64,000 nucleotides of DNA, from NCBI GenBank assembly GCA_964016885.1, contig CAXHJY010000525.1, forward strand, positions 62,001 to 126,000, read 5' to 3'. The stretch is from Eledone cirrhosa (taxonomy: Eukaryota). The position numbers and the translations under genes are program-made. Within the stretch, counting starts at the first letter, position 1; each line of letters opens with the position of its first letter. The notes beneath the pieces are model-generated. The model was not told the origin of the DNA, did not search any database, and worked only from the letters and a program-made list of their open reading frames with translations. Shown in pieces: positions 26,143-39,545 of this stretch.

Positions 26143-26370
26143 TTAACCCTTTAGCATTTAAACCGGCCATATCCGGCTAGAACTCTCTCACCCGTTTCTG
26201 TGCAAACCGGCTGTAACTTGCTACTCATACTGACTTTAAGGTATTGTTCTCAAATTAAATAGGATCAAAATCTCATAGATTTGATATCATATGAGATAAT
26301 TATGTGAGGTAAAGCCTTTGCCATAAAATACAATAGTATATATAGAATAATGTAAATGCTAAAGGGTTAA
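26143..26370. mobile_element. piggyBac-like MITE, complete with TTAA TSDs (others 26498-26725, 28743-28980, 30283-30683)
   Basis: TTAA-CCCTTTAGCATTTA...TAAATGCTAAAGGG-TTAA. Confidence 0.9.
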
Positions 26371-27309
26371 CATCCTGTAATAATTTAGCAAAAAAATATC
26401 TAAATATGTGTTAGTTAATTCAAATGTTTATATTACCTGCACAGGTAGACAGTTTGTTGTGAAAATTTACAGTAAACTAAAGTAAAATCTTTAATATTTA
26501 ACCCTTTAGCATTTACATTACTCTATATTACTGTTATATTTTCACAGTAAAGGCTGAACCTCTCATGAATATCTCGTATAATATCGAATCTATGAGATTT
26601 TGATATTATTTATTTTGAGAATAATACCTTACCATAAATATGAGCAGCCGATTATGGCCGGTTTGAACAGAAAGAGATGAGAGAATTCTGGCCGGATGCT
26701 GCCGGTTTAAATGCTAAAGGGTTAAACCAGCTGTATCCGGCTAGAATTCTCTCTCCTTTTTCTGTTCAAACCACTCATACTGATGTTAGGGTATTGTTCT
26801 CAAAATAAATATCAAAATCTCATAGATTCGATATTATGTAAGATAAATCCTTTACCGTGAAAATATAATAGTATATATAGAGTAATGTAAATACTAAAGA
26901 GTTAGTATGATGCAGTCATGGTGCTGTTTTATACTTTTCAAGTATGTCTGGGTTAATTCCTCATTATCAACGTTTCACATCCATTTTCCCTGCTAGCAAG
27001 AGTTGGACATATTGTCACCAACTAGTCAATCCTCAAGCAGAGATTTTGGCCTTCCACTAGGCTGAGGACCCAACATACAATCTTGTGCTCTACCAAGTGC
27101 ATTTTATCATAGAGTGAACACAAGAGAAGTTGTCATGTCTTTGACATAGCTGAAGAATCTTCCTAACTCTTTGCCTGGCATTTTTTTTATGGCTGGATGT
27201 CCTTAATCACTTGGTTAAATGTTTATAGTATGTCTACAAGTGGACAGATTGTTGTGAACATTTGTTGTAAACTAAAGTAAAGACTTTAATATCTCATGTG
27301 ATACAAAAA

Positions 27310-27690
27310 TGGGGATCCTTCGAAGAGTCTTTGGAGTAGCATTACTCAATAGAGTGTGTAGTACTCGGAGATCAGAGAGTCACTCCAGGTAGAGCTGCTA
27401 CTTCTCCAAATTGAGAGATCACAGCTACACTACTATGAGAATGTAGTTAGAATGTCTCCGGAAAGAATTGCTGGAGATATTTGTAGCTCATAGAGCAAAG
27501 TCACTCCAGGTAGAGCCACTACTTCTCCAAATTGGGAGATCACAGCTCCGATACTATGGACATGTGGTTAGAATATCTCAGGAAAGAACCACTGGAGACA
27601 TTAGTAGCTCAGAGATCAGAGTCACTCCAAGTAGAGCTGCTACTTCTCCAAATTGAGAGATCACAGCTCTGATAATATGGACATGTGGTT
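27310..27690 (+). mobile_element. Degenerate LINE C-terminal fragment in about 3 tandem copies
   Basis: Repeated SLQVE.LLLQI.RSQLRYYGHVVR, resembling the LINE L-RW-GHV-R motif. Confidence 0.65.
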
Positions 27691-28419
27691 AAATATAGAG
27701 TAATGTAAATGTTAAAGGTTTAATGTCAGTATGAGTGGCCGGTTATGACCAGTTTGAACGGAAAGAGGTGAGAGAATTGTGGACGGATTTGGCCGGTTTA
27801 AAAGTTAATGGTTAAAAATATTAAATAATATATATTAGAATATATTATTTTAACCCTTTCATGAACATATTTCGTTAACATAATGGGACTAGTGTTAGGA
27901 AGGGCATCCAACTGTTGAAACTAAGCCAAAGTACAGATCCTTGAACATGATATAGTCTCTGGATATGATTTGTCTCATAACACAACAACCCATCTAACCC
28001 ATGCAAGCATGGAAAAATAGATGTTAAATGATGATGATGATGGTGATGGTGATGATGGCGATGGTGATGATGATGATGATGATGGTGATGGTGATAAAAG
28101 ACACTGCCTAGAATTTTAAACTATTTAGTACAGCTGACCACCTCCATAAAATTGGAATGATAGCAACCCAATCTGAGGAAGGAGCCACACAAGGTGGGCT
28201 GGCTGGTACAGCAGATGTTGCTGGCCATTGTCCACAGAAATGCCTTTGCCATTTTGTTAACAAGGCACAACCGAAACACTGCTCTGACTTAGATGTAGAG
28301 TCTGTCACCCCCCTCTCATCTCCCCTCTTTCTTCTGTTGTCTAATAATCCTTGCTATTTCCCTCCTTTCTTCTCATTTATAGCATTTATAGTCCTTTCCA
28401 GTGCTACATTTTCACCATG

Positions 28420-28585
28420 CAGTGCCGGATTAACCATTGCGCTTAGCTGTGCTTAAGCACAGGGCCTCGTTGGTCAGGAGGGCTCATCTTCCTGCCCCCA
28501 AAATGTTTTACCTCCTTCAGGGCCCAAGTAAGGAGCTTCATAACTTAACTAGTGCAGGGCCTCATTTGTCCTAAATCCAGCACTG
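28420..28585. mobile_element. hAT-like MITE
   Basis: TIRs cagtgccggatt / aatccagcactg; the TSD is degenerate. Confidence 0.6.
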
Positions 28586-29663
28586 GCTTCATGTTTGATT
28601 AAATATCAAAGTCTTTTCTACTTTTGTGTACTTTTAACCGAGGAATATATTTGAGTATTTTGAAATAAAATAAATGTTCCTTCATCTGAAAAATAATCAA
28701 GAATTGGGAGGGATTTAGTAATATAACTGTTTTCCCCATTATTTAACCCTTTAGCATTTACAGTACTCTATATTTACTATTGTATTTTTGTGGCAAAAGC
28801 TTTACCTTACATAATTATGTCACATAATATCGAATCTATGAGATTTTGATATTATTCATTTTGAGAACAATACCTTAATATAAGTATGAGCAGCCAGTTA
28901 CAGCCGGTTTAAACAGAAAGAGGTGAAAGAGGTGAAAGAATTCTGGCTGGATATGACCGGTTTAAATACGTAAAGGTTAAACTGGTGTTTAGAACATAAC
29001 AAACATTCTTACATGAAATTATATGAGGAGGTTTTTAGATAACATCGACACTTTAAAATAAACAGTTTTTTATCATAGAATCAGAGAATGTTTCAAAAGG
29101 GCTAAGTAGATAGAATATATTAAATATATTATTTTAAATAAAGCGATAATTGTATGAAGAAATTTGTTAAGTATGAATTAACACTTGAAATTTATTTGCT
29201 TTTGTTCTGAAAAATTTGAATAAATTCTCACAGGGTGGAGAATATATTTATAGTGTTTTAATATTTTGATATTTAAAATGTTTTAAGTGTCAATTAGAGC
29301 ACTTAACATCAGTATGAGCGGCCGGATACAGCTGGTTTGAGCAGAAATATGTGAGTGAATTCTGGCCGGATATGGGTGGTTTAAATGCTAAAGGGTTAAA
29401 TATTCAATATTCATCCACTTTAATAAATTGCTCTTTTTATTATTGTTTCTTATATTGAAATGCACTTAAATAACAGATATGTGCAACTACTGGTCCACAG
29501 AAAGATTGTCCGGCATGAAGCTGGTCTGTGGTATAAAAAAGGTTAGAGACCACTGGTTTAGAGTATAGTTTTTGTTTCAAAACTCCATTATGTAATGAAT
29601 TTTTTACCAATTTCTGACCATTTTGAAAGCCCTACTTATTCAAAACATCAAAAACAATAGAAA

Positions 29664-30000
29664 TTTCACCTCCAAAGTAAAACTGATGTAATATTCACTT
29701 CCAAAGTAAAGCTGGTGTCATATTCACCTCCAAAGTAAAGCTGGTGTCATATTCACCTCCAAAGTAAAACTGGTGTAATATTCACCTCCAAAGTGAAACC
29801 GGTGTAATATTCACCTCCATCCAAAGTGAAACTGGTGTAATATTCACCTCCATCCAAAGTGAAACTGGTGTAATATTCACCTCCATCCAAAGTAAAACCG
29901 GTGTAATATTCACCTCCAAAGTAAAACTGGTGTAATATTCACCTCCAAAGTGAAACTGGTGAAATATTCACTTCCAAAGTGAAACTGGTGTAATATTTAC
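29664..30000. repeat. 29-33-bp minisatellite inside an inverted duplication
   Basis: attcacctccaaagt(a/g)aaactggtgtaat x ~11. Confidence 0.9.
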
Positions 30001-30131
30001 ACTGAATAATACACTGGTTTCACTTTAGAGGTGAAATTTCTATTGTTTATTTTTATGGCCATAGAAACGGTCAGAAATTGGTAAAAAATCATTACATAAT
30101 GGAATTGTGAAACAAAAACTACACTCTAAAC

Positions 30132-30268
30132 CAGACATGTCAAACATATGACCCACACAAAGGTTTTTCCAGCACAAGCATGTTTTGTCTTCGTAAAATT
30201 AGTTGTAATGTGCGCAATTAGTTGTCATCGTATGTGACCCTCGGAGGACCCTCAGTTTGACATGCCTG
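30132..30268. mobile_element. hAT MITE with an 8-bp TSD
   Basis: ctctaaac|cagacatgtcaaac...gtttgacatgcctg|ctctaaac. Confidence 0.88.
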
Positions 30269-31599
30269 CTCTAAACAACACTTAACCCTTTAGCATTCCT
30301 ATTACTCTATTTATACTATTGTATTTTTGTGGTAAAGGCTTTATCTTACATAATTATCTCACATAATATCAAAGCTATAAGATTTTGATATTATTTATGC
30401 GGTAGCTTGGCAGTATCGGTAGAGGGTCGGACGCCATGCTTTCCAGCATAGTTACGTCCCTTTACGATCTGAGTTCAAATCCCGCCGAGGTTGACTTTGC
30501 CTTTCATCCTTACGGGGTCGATAAAATAAAGTACCAGTAATGCACTGGGTAATTGCTGGCCTTGTGCCTAAAGTAGAAACAATACCTTAACATAAGTATG
30601 AGCAGCCAGTTATGGCCGGTTTGAACAGAAAGAGGTGAGATAATTCTGGCTGGATATGGTCAGTTTAAATGCTAAAGGGTTAATTCATTTTTAATATCAA
30701 AATATTAAAACATTATAAATATATTCTCCACTCATGTGAATTTCAAAACTGCACCATCTAAACATAATTGTTTCTACGTTTGGCACAAGGCCAGCAATTA
30801 TCCCAGTGTATTACTGGTACTTTATTTTATCGACCCCGTAAGGATGAAAGGCAAAGTTAACCTCGGCGGGATTTGAACTCAGTCTAAACATAATGTGTTG
30901 ATTAGCTACCTCATGGTTTATAAATTTGGATTTTCACCAATTTTTCACACATAAAATAGGGGTCAACTTATATCCCAGTATATACGGTGGTATATGAATT
31001 GGGGCAGCTTTTTATAATATAAGCAAATAAATGTGTTGTTTTTGTATTGCCATGGATGGGCAGATTATCATAGAAAGAGTGAGGGGAGAGAAAGAGAGGG
31101 AAAGAGAGGGGGAGAAAGAAAGAGAGAAGTGAATGGGAGAGAGTGAGAGGCAGAGAGAGAATGAGAGATAATTAATTGCAGAGGATGATGATGATGATAC
31201 ATTGTAGCTATTCTTAACCAGAGTGAAGTTAAGGGGCTTAGTGGTTATAGCATTGGGCTGACAATCTTGAGCTTGAGTGTTCAATTTCCAGGCCAGAGAT
31301 GGGGACTGTTGCCACCTTGAGCAAAACACTTTATTTCATGTTGCTCCAGTTCACTAAAGAAATGAGTTGTAATGTCTGTAGTCCCAAGCTGTATTGGGCT
31401 TTGTCTTTCCCTTAGATAACAGATTGAGAGAGAGACTAAGCATAAGAGGAATCAAATGCTTGCTGTGTGCAGGAGAGGAGATTACATTGATATGGACATG
31501 TGATGTGTATGAAGGATGGGATGCATAAAATGGTGCAGAGCACTTAAAGTCGAGGGAAGCCTTGGAGTGGGGAGACCCAAGAAGACCTGGGATGAGGTG

Positions 31600-31870
31600 A
31601 TTCGGTGCTGGAATATCCCCCTGTTTCACTCCATTTTTTACTGAGATAGGCTCCGACATTAACCCAAGCCTTCATGTCGTCATGGAAAGACCTAACTAAA
31701 GCAAGGAACTTATCAGGGCAACCAAGATTCTAGAGAATCTTCCATAATGCATTTCTGTTAACAGTATCGAAAGCTTTTGTCAGATCGACAAAAACCTGAT
31801 ACAGATCCAAACCTTGTTCCATGCACTTCTTCTGGGGCTGTCTAGTTGAGAAGATCATATCAGTAGTGAC
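31600..31870 (-). mobile_element. RTE (BovB-like) RT fragment
   Basis: DMIFSTRQ.Q.KCMEQ..DLYQVFVDLTKAFDTVNR.ALWKIL...PISVKNGVKQG. Confidence 0.85.
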
Positions 31871-32245
31871 CTTTCCTAATTGCCCCTCTTGAAGGTGATG
31901 ACACAGGACCGAGACCTCTGGCATTACGCAGTAATACAGAAGACCTGACTTCCCCGGGTACAAGCCGAAGCTGAAACGTATAGACAGTATGCCCCTACCC
32001 CCTCCCACTGCAAAGTGGTCGTGGAGGTGTCACAAAAAAGCACCCAGCCCACATTGTAAAGTGGTTGTGTAGGTGCCATAGTAAAAAAGCACCCAGCACT
32101 CACTGTAAATGAGGTTGGTGTTAGGAAGGGCATCCAGCTGTAGAAATCAAGCCAGAATCAGTTCCCGTCCCACCTTTGCAAGCAGGGAAAAAGCGGACGT
32201 AAAATGAAATGATGATGATGATGATATATATATATATATATATAT

Positions 32246-32703
32246 AATATTAAATAAATGGAAAACTATATTTATAAAACCATATTTATTTCACTATATA
32301 TATTTCGGGGATATCATATTAACAATATGCTATGCCTTCATCAGACAAAATACAATATAAACAGTTTTATAGATAAATATATTCGACATACCGTAATAAA
32401 CATCAACTTCATTTGAAGAGGTTTACTCTGCTAGAGTAAACCTCTTCAAATGAAGTTGATGTTTATTACGGTATGTCGAATATATTTATCTATAAAACTG
32501 TTTATATTGTATTTTGTCTGATGAAGGCATAGCATATTGTTAATATGATATCCCCGAAATATATATAGTGAAATAAATATGGTTTTATAAATATAGTTTT
32601 CCATTTATTTAATATTGTAAATATACTCCAAATATTTGTCGAGTCCTTTTATATCAGTTATAAATATTTACTAGTTGTAACCCAACAATTTTAAATATAA
32701 CTT

Positions 32704-32710
<7 letters not shown>
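32246..32710 (+). mobile_element. Family D fold-back element: apparently perfect 184-bp-arm palindrome (32246-32616) plus a 3' tail
   Basis: Centre tttactct-gct-agagtaaa at 32431; the arms match by eye; flanked by (TA)n. Confidence 0.9.
32510..32575 (+). ncRNA. Type I hammerhead ribozyme (family D); mirror copy 32287-32352 on the minus strand
   Basis: UAUUUUGU-CUGAUGA-agg.aua.cauauu-guu-aauaug.uau.ccc-GAAA-uauaua-UA/GUGAAAUA; stem III is palindromic. Confidence 0.78.
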
Positions 32711-32737
<27 letters not shown>

Positions 32738-33109
32738 CAAAATTAAATTAAGGGTGTCATGTCCGAGAGACAGATTGGCACCAGTGACATTGTAACTAAT
32801 ATATACATATATATATATACACAACAACACCACCAGCTCCCTCTTACATTCTCCTTCTCTGTCTCCTCTCCCTCTCTCTAAGTCTCTCTTTCAATCTACT
32901 CTCTCACAACCACTATCCCTTTCTCTCTCTCTGTTTATGAATATATATATATATCTGTTTATATATATATACATGGGTACACACACGCATACATACATAT
33001 ATATATATATACATGAGTGAGTGTGCATGTGTATACACCCATGAAATGACACTTGAATATTAACTGATATATTTTGTTTATTATTATTACAACATGCTTT
33101 GAAGCACAA

Positions 33110-34898
33110 AGTTTCGGCCCTTTATGTTCTGAGTTCAAATGTCACTGAGGACGTGACATATGGACGGTCGTAAACACAAAAGCCTTCCCTAGTGAGTAAT
33201 GTACCTCCCAACATAGCTTAGTTGTCAGCGACCTCACGGTCAGAACTAGACGAACCTGGAAACAGAGGCCAACCTGGAGAAGAAAAATCTGGAAGCTGAA
33301 AGACCCCTCAGCGAGTAACAGATTTAAAGATATTTTACTCAACGCCTATGACAGTAAAGAAGAACAGATAGAGACATTCAATGTAGAAGAGCACTGGGAG
33401 TTCTTAAAAAATAACTTACTAAAGGCGACGGATGAGATCTGTGGCTGGAGTAAGACCACAAGCAGGAGGAGAGCGACTTGGTGGTGGAACAATAAGGTAG
33501 ATGAGGCAGTTAATGCCAAGAGACAGGCATGGAAAGAATGGAAGAACGGGGAAGCAGGGTACATTACATAGAGACCAAGAGGGAAGCTAGGCGACAAGTA
33601 TACTTAGCTAGGAGGGAAGCAGAGGATAGAAAATTCAAGCATGTTTTGCAACATCAGGACCAGAAACAGGAGGTATTCAAGATTGCGAGGCAGTGTGTCA
33701 GAGAGAATTGTGATGTCATTGGAGAGAAGTGTATCCGGAATGATAAAGGTGAGCTTGCCCTCACAAGTGCTGAGAAGAAAGATGCATGGAAGAGCCATTA
33801 TGATAAATTACTAAATGAGGAGAATGCATGGGAAGAAGAGACCCTACCCCAAGTAGACCCTATGGAGGGGCCAGTAGTACAAGTCAGCAGCAGCGTAGTA
33901 AGTAAGGCAATCAAAGATATGAAGACGGGGAAGGCAACCGGTCCATCGGGTATAGCTGCAGAGATGCTGAAGGCATCTGGGTCAGTAGGTCACACCATAA
34001 CCACACGTATTGTTAACCAGGTAATACTAGGTGTCATACCAAAGGATTGGTGCAGTAGCATCATTGTCAACTGCTACAAAGGTAAAGGTGATGCACTAGA
34101 TAGAGGAAACTATAGAGGTATAAAGCTGATGGACCAGGTCATGAAAGTAACAGAAAGAGTTATAGCACAGTTGATTAGGGACCGGGTGAAACTAGATGAG
34201 ATGCAATTTGAGTTTGTGCCAGGAAGAGGCACCACTGATGCCCTCTTCCTTGTGAGGCAGTTACAGGAAAAGTACCTAGCTAAAAGTAAGCTGCTCTACC
34301 TGGCATTCGTCGATCTTGAGAAAGCCTTTGACAGAGTTCCCCGTGCTATAATCTGGTGGGCTCCTGTATGCAGATGACCTCGCACTTATAGCTGAATCTA
34401 TGGTAGAACTAGAGAAGAAATTCCAAACTTGGAAGCAGGGACTAGAAAAAAGGGTCTCAAAGTCAACCTGACAAAGACTAAGGTCCTTGTAAGTAGACAA
34501 GAAAACAGAACCCAGATCCCCTCAGGGAAGTGACCTTGCTCAGTATGTAGGAAAGGTGTATGTAGGAACTCCATTCTCTGCCCCAAATACAAACAATGGG
34601 TACACAAGAGATGTAGCGGGATCTCAGGAAGCTTAACTAAGAATGTAGGCTTCACATGTAGCAGCTGTGCTGGGACAGTAAGCAGCAAACAGCCACAGGA
34701 AGCAAGTACCACCAAACTCTGGGAGGGCTCTGTAAAAACAGTAGACAGCTTCTGCTATCTAGGTGAGCGAATTAGCAGTGGAGGTGGGTGTTCGGAAAGT
34801 ACAATAACTAGGGTAAGAACGGGATGGAAGAAGTTTAGGGAGCTACAACGATTGCTAGCTGCAAAAGGCTTTTCCCTCAAAATGAAAGGCTAACTGTA
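33110..34898 (+). pseudogene. Decayed RTE-clade LINE ORF (linker and RT, internal deletion, PHD finger); longest ORF 33529-34377
   Basis: KATGPSGI..EMLK, KGKGD..DRGNYRGIKL, QF.F.PGRGTTDA.F..RQLQEK, AFVDLEKAFDRV. A deletion near 34360 fuses this to LLYADDL; stop codons follow. Same family as 1-991. Confidence 0.93.
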
Positions 34899-34899
34899 T

Positions 34900-35475
34900 A
34901 AAATAACAGATTAAAGTTTAAGCAAAGAATCGCTGCTTTCACCCTTAACGGGATCTTCTGAAACTAACAAAGTCAATCTGTAAACGCAGAACTGGATATT
35001 TCAAAAAACGTTGCAACCGGAGGAAGACAGGAAGACGATACTTTGGTCCGTGGAAACGTTCGCTTTGCGAATAAGTAAAGGTATAAACAAAACATATACT
35101 TAGCTCCCACATCAAGACGTAAAATATCCACATATAGATCGTACTATCCGTTAGGGTATAACGTGGGGCTGTAATACAGGAAAGTTTTGTGCAATTTATG
35201 TTTACAAGCCGAAATTGCCTCAGATTTTTTGTTTAAGATGTGATCTGTGGCGTAGAGTATTTTCCAGGGCCTCAGCGGCGCAGAGGTCACATGGTCTTTT
35301 ATTTCCGTTATACGATCTAGCCCTAGCTAGGATCTCCCAGTGTAACTTATATTGGGTGTTGTTGTCTTTTAGACTCCAGATATAAGCTGAAAGTGCTCTA
35401 GGGTTCTTATATATTTGATATATATTTATCCTTATCGAGCCCTCTTTGGATTTTAGTCTTCAAATTTATTATTAT

Positions 35476-35480
<5 letters not shown>
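34900..35480 (+). mobile_element. Family H element, longest copy
   Basis: Homologous to 4293-4510 and 57865-58023; ends in (TA)n. Confidence 0.78.
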
Positions 35481-35512
<32 letters not shown>

Positions 35513-35919
35513 TTGAGCCACTAGTACTGGTGCCACAGAAGTGTACACAGTAAACCTTGTATGGAGGTTGGCAATAGGAGGTTTAGGAAGGAAATCAATC
35601 TATCAGTAGAATCTAATCGAATCTAATCTGGACGAATTTACACTCGCAAATAAGAAGAACCAGGGCCGTCCCTAAGAGCATTGGATTTGGTGTACTTCAT
35701 ATTTGTTTCGATTGCTGAATACAATTAGGGGCCACTGCTTCTCCTGGAGGTCAATAATTCTCTTGTAACTCGAGTGGTAGCGCCTTTCCATTGTCAATTT
35801 GTATTGATCATCTGCAAAGCCACATTGTTCTCAGAACCACTACACCAGTCTTACGATGCAGCTGCAACTACTGCCACCCATTGATTTGGCAGGATCGCAA
35901 CTCATTTCTATATAATAAT

Positions 35920-36300
35920 AATGAAATATTGTGTACAGTGCTCAGGTGCACTACAACTCATCAAAAAGTGTATGTATAGTACATAGGGTAATGTACAAAC
36001 GTCAGGAAAATGAACAGTGCATGAGTCATGATATACACATGTGTGCATGTGTATGGAAGGGGTACATCAGGTGTAGTTTTGGCGTATTTCGGGAAGCATG
36101 AGGGTTTTAAAGGATGCAGTGTCTCGGCAGCTAACAATTGACGCAGGCAGTTTGTTCCATGCTTCAGCAACTCTGAGCGTGAAAAAATGTTTACGAAAGT
36201 CATGGGAGCTGTGCCGTTTTCTGATTTTGTAGGCATGTCCACGTGTGTTAGACACATGGAGATCAAAAGGGTACTCAGGGTTGTTGTTGGCGAGATGGTT
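35920..36300 (-). mobile_element. CR1/L2-group LINE 3' end
   Basis: TRGHAYKI...RKHFFTLRVAEAWNKLP...ASFK is the typical CR1 C-terminus. Confidence 0.85.
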
Positions 36301-36304
36301 AATA

Positions 36305-36437
36305 ACAGCTGAGTAAACTGAAGCAACGTGAAATAAAGTGTCTTGCTCAAGGGCACAACACATCGCCCGGTCCGAGAATCGAACTCATAACCATTCGATT
36401 GCAAGCCCAGTGCTCTAACCACTAAGCCATGCCCTCA
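36305..36437 (-). mobile_element. tRNA-derived CORE-type SINE (others about 25960-26090, 31230-31420, 36965-37130, 50005-50125)
   Basis: tggcttagtggttagagc (A box), gagttcgattc (B box), tgtgcccttgagcaagacacttt (CORE-like). Confidence 0.82.
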
Positions 36438-37184
36438 CAACTTTTTCCATCAGTAGAAACCATGCTAAAAAGAGTCAAGAGAACTCTTCCGTTCTGCCAA
36501 TGGTGTGTGACAACCTTTTTAGTATTTAAATGATAAATGTACTCCAGTACATCTTGTAAAGTTGGTGGTGACAGGCGGGGCCTCCAGCCATAGAAAACTT
36601 AACAAACCATGTGCCATAAGAATGACTTCAGCTGTGTGAAAGACATGACAACCTCTCTAGTACGGGTGGTATAATAAAAGGTACTCTGAAGGGCCGCTAA
36701 CCTTGATTGAGTATTAAGACCTGGTCAACCCTTGCTAGCAAGTACAACAGACGTTAAATGATATATATATCATCATCACCATCATCATCATTTTACGTCC
36801 GCTTTTTCCTGCTTGCAAGGGTGGGACGGGAACTGATTCTGGCTTGATTTCTACAGCTGGATGCCCTTCCTAACACCAACCTCATTTACAGTGAGTGCTG
36901 GGTGCTTTTTCGTGGCGCCTTCACGACCACTTTGCAGTGGAATGATAGGGACTCCAGTCCCTATCATCTCATTTCTACAGCTGAGTAAACTGAAGCAATG
37001 TGAAATAAAGTGTCTTGCTCAAGGAAACAACACATCACCCCGGTCTGAGAATTGAACTCACAACCTTTCGATTGCAAGGCCAATGCTCTAACCACTAAGC
37101 CATGTGCCTCCATTGCTCTAACCACTAAGCCATATGGATATATATATATGTGTGTGTGTGTGTGTGTCCGTATATATATATATA

Positions 37185-37251
37185 CAGGGTGTCCCAGAAA
37201 TACATTTATTAGAATGCTGTTGAAGTGTGTATACATTTTTTTGACAACCTG
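37185..37251. mobile_element. Tiny Tc1/mariner-like MITE (second copy 43449-43518)
   Basis: ta|cagggtgtccca...ttgacaacctg|ta. Confidence 0.65.
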
Positions 37252-37319
37252 TATATATATATATAATATATATATAATATCTGCATTGCTTTATTGTACT
37301 ACAATAAAACTCACCTCCT

Positions 37320-37397
<78 letters not shown>

Positions 37398-37453
37398 TTC
37401 TTCATTGTACTGTGTTGTTTGCTTTATTTGTTTACTTTTCACACACACACACA

Positions 37454-37490
<37 letters not shown>

Positions 37491-37607
37491 ACACACACAC
37501 AAATATATATATATAGAGAGAGATAGGAAGTATAAATATAGATAAGGAAACAGGTCAATGAGCGAGGGGGAGGTATAGCTAGATATATATATATTTATAG
37601 AAAAAAA

Positions 37608-37645
<38 letters not shown>

Positions 37646-38185
37646 TCCACATTTTTTTCTATAAATATATATATATATATATAAGAAAGAGGGGGTAGAT
37701 AGGCAGATAGAGGGGAAAAGGGATGATCAAACAGGTATATAGAAAGGTTGATGTATGTTGATGCCCTAAGGACAGACACTGGTCTGTTGGAGACGCAGGA
37801 CATGGCTGCGATAATGAGGGACAGAGACCGCTGGAGAGAACTCGTCCGTGGATCTCGGGAATTTTACCCGCCTTAGAATAGAATAGAAAGGAAGGAAGAT
37901 TGAGGAAAACAGAGATTGATAGATACATTTAGATATATAGGCAGGAGATATATAAATAGATAGAGAGAAGGATAGAAATATAGATAGATAGGAGAGAGTG
38001 GAAGGTATGTAGTAGATATATTAGGTGGACAAAGAAAGAGATAGAATGATAGAGAAGGAGAAATATAGAAAGCAAGATGGTGAAAGAATGTGGCAGGGAT
38101 AGGATATAGGTAACTATCTATCTAGCTCGACAATGGAGGGGCAGCGGTAGATGTTATCTATGTTTCTTTTTGTCTATCTACCCCT

Positions 38186-38227
<42 letters not shown>

Positions 38228-38229
38228 GT

Positions 38230-38816
38230 CGCGGGTGGGACCAATCCGGTTGACCACCGAGTCCATTGTCATGATCAAACCGCCACCCTCCTTCAAAAAC
38301 GAAGGAGAGGCGGTTTTCCTTTGTGTGATAGCTATGGCGAAAGAGGTTGTATGGTGGACAAGGTTGAAAGGGCTGAGGTCAGACACCTTTCTCTCCGGCC
38401 AACAACTGATTCTTTTTTTCAAATACCACTTTGGAAGAAGAGTCAGGATGGAGAGAGAGGTGCTGTACCCCAGCAAGTTTTATGAAAGGTGGGTGGAAGT
38501 GGCGAGAATGGCCCGAGTGAATGGGCCTTCTCTCGATATCAGCCTGTAGGTTGAAGAAAAGGAGGAGGAGAGGAAGGGAGTACAAACTCTTCGTACTCCT
38601 GGAGATGAGGGTTGCACATTTTTTCGGGGGTATGTGTTACCCACATGAACTGTCTCCCCCTATTGGGGAAAATCGACTAATTTTTTAAATTGCATTTGTG
38701 ATAACATTTTACACGTTTTTATTGTATGTAAACTTCCCCCTTTGTATTTGTCCCCTTCTTTTGTGCCCCTGTGGCTAATAAAGAAACATATCTATCTATC
38801 TATCTGTCTGTCTACA

Positions 38817-38850
<34 letters not shown>

Positions 38851-39545
38851 CATATCTATCTATGAATGAAATAATTGCCTACATAATATATGTCTACATA
38901 TATACAATAATTGTCTACATATCTATAATAATTGTCTACATATCTATAATAATTGTCTACATATATACAATAATTGTCTACATATCTATAAATGAAATAA
39001 TTGCCTTATGTTGTTTATTACTTATCTATCTATATTGTTACCCATTATCTTTGTTAAAGATTTTATGTAAAACCACCGCAGTCACGTCTTGTAATATCCC
39101 ATTTTTGTACGTCCCCGTGGCAAATAAAGATATCTATCTATCTATTGGAAAGGGGTACTCACTCTTCGTACTCCTGGAGATGAGGGTTGCACATTTTTTC
39201 TGGGGTATTTGTGTGTTAACCATATGAAATGCCCCCCCCCCCCTATTGGGGGAAAATCGATTAATTTTTAAATTGCATTTGTGATATTATATTTTACACG
39301 TTTTTATTTGTATGTAAACTTCCCCCCTTTGTATTTGTCCCCTTCTTTTGTGCCCCTGTGGCTAATAAAGAAACATATCTATCTATCAGGTACATAGATA
39401 GATAGATACATAGCTAGCGAGCTAGATAGATAGATAGATAGGTAGATAGATTTCTTTATTAGCCACAAGGGCGCAACAAGAAAGGGGACAATACAAAGAC
39501 ATGCCGGGGATTTTACATACAGTCGTGTAAAAAATATAAAAAGAT
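38230..39545. mobile_element. Cluster of L1/Tx1-like LINE 3' ends in (TCTA)n repeats
   Basis: ORF end AMAKEVVWWTR...KFYERW resembles L1/Tx1 C-termini. Four tails of the form gtggc(t/a)aataaaga run into (tcta)n. Confidence 0.65.
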
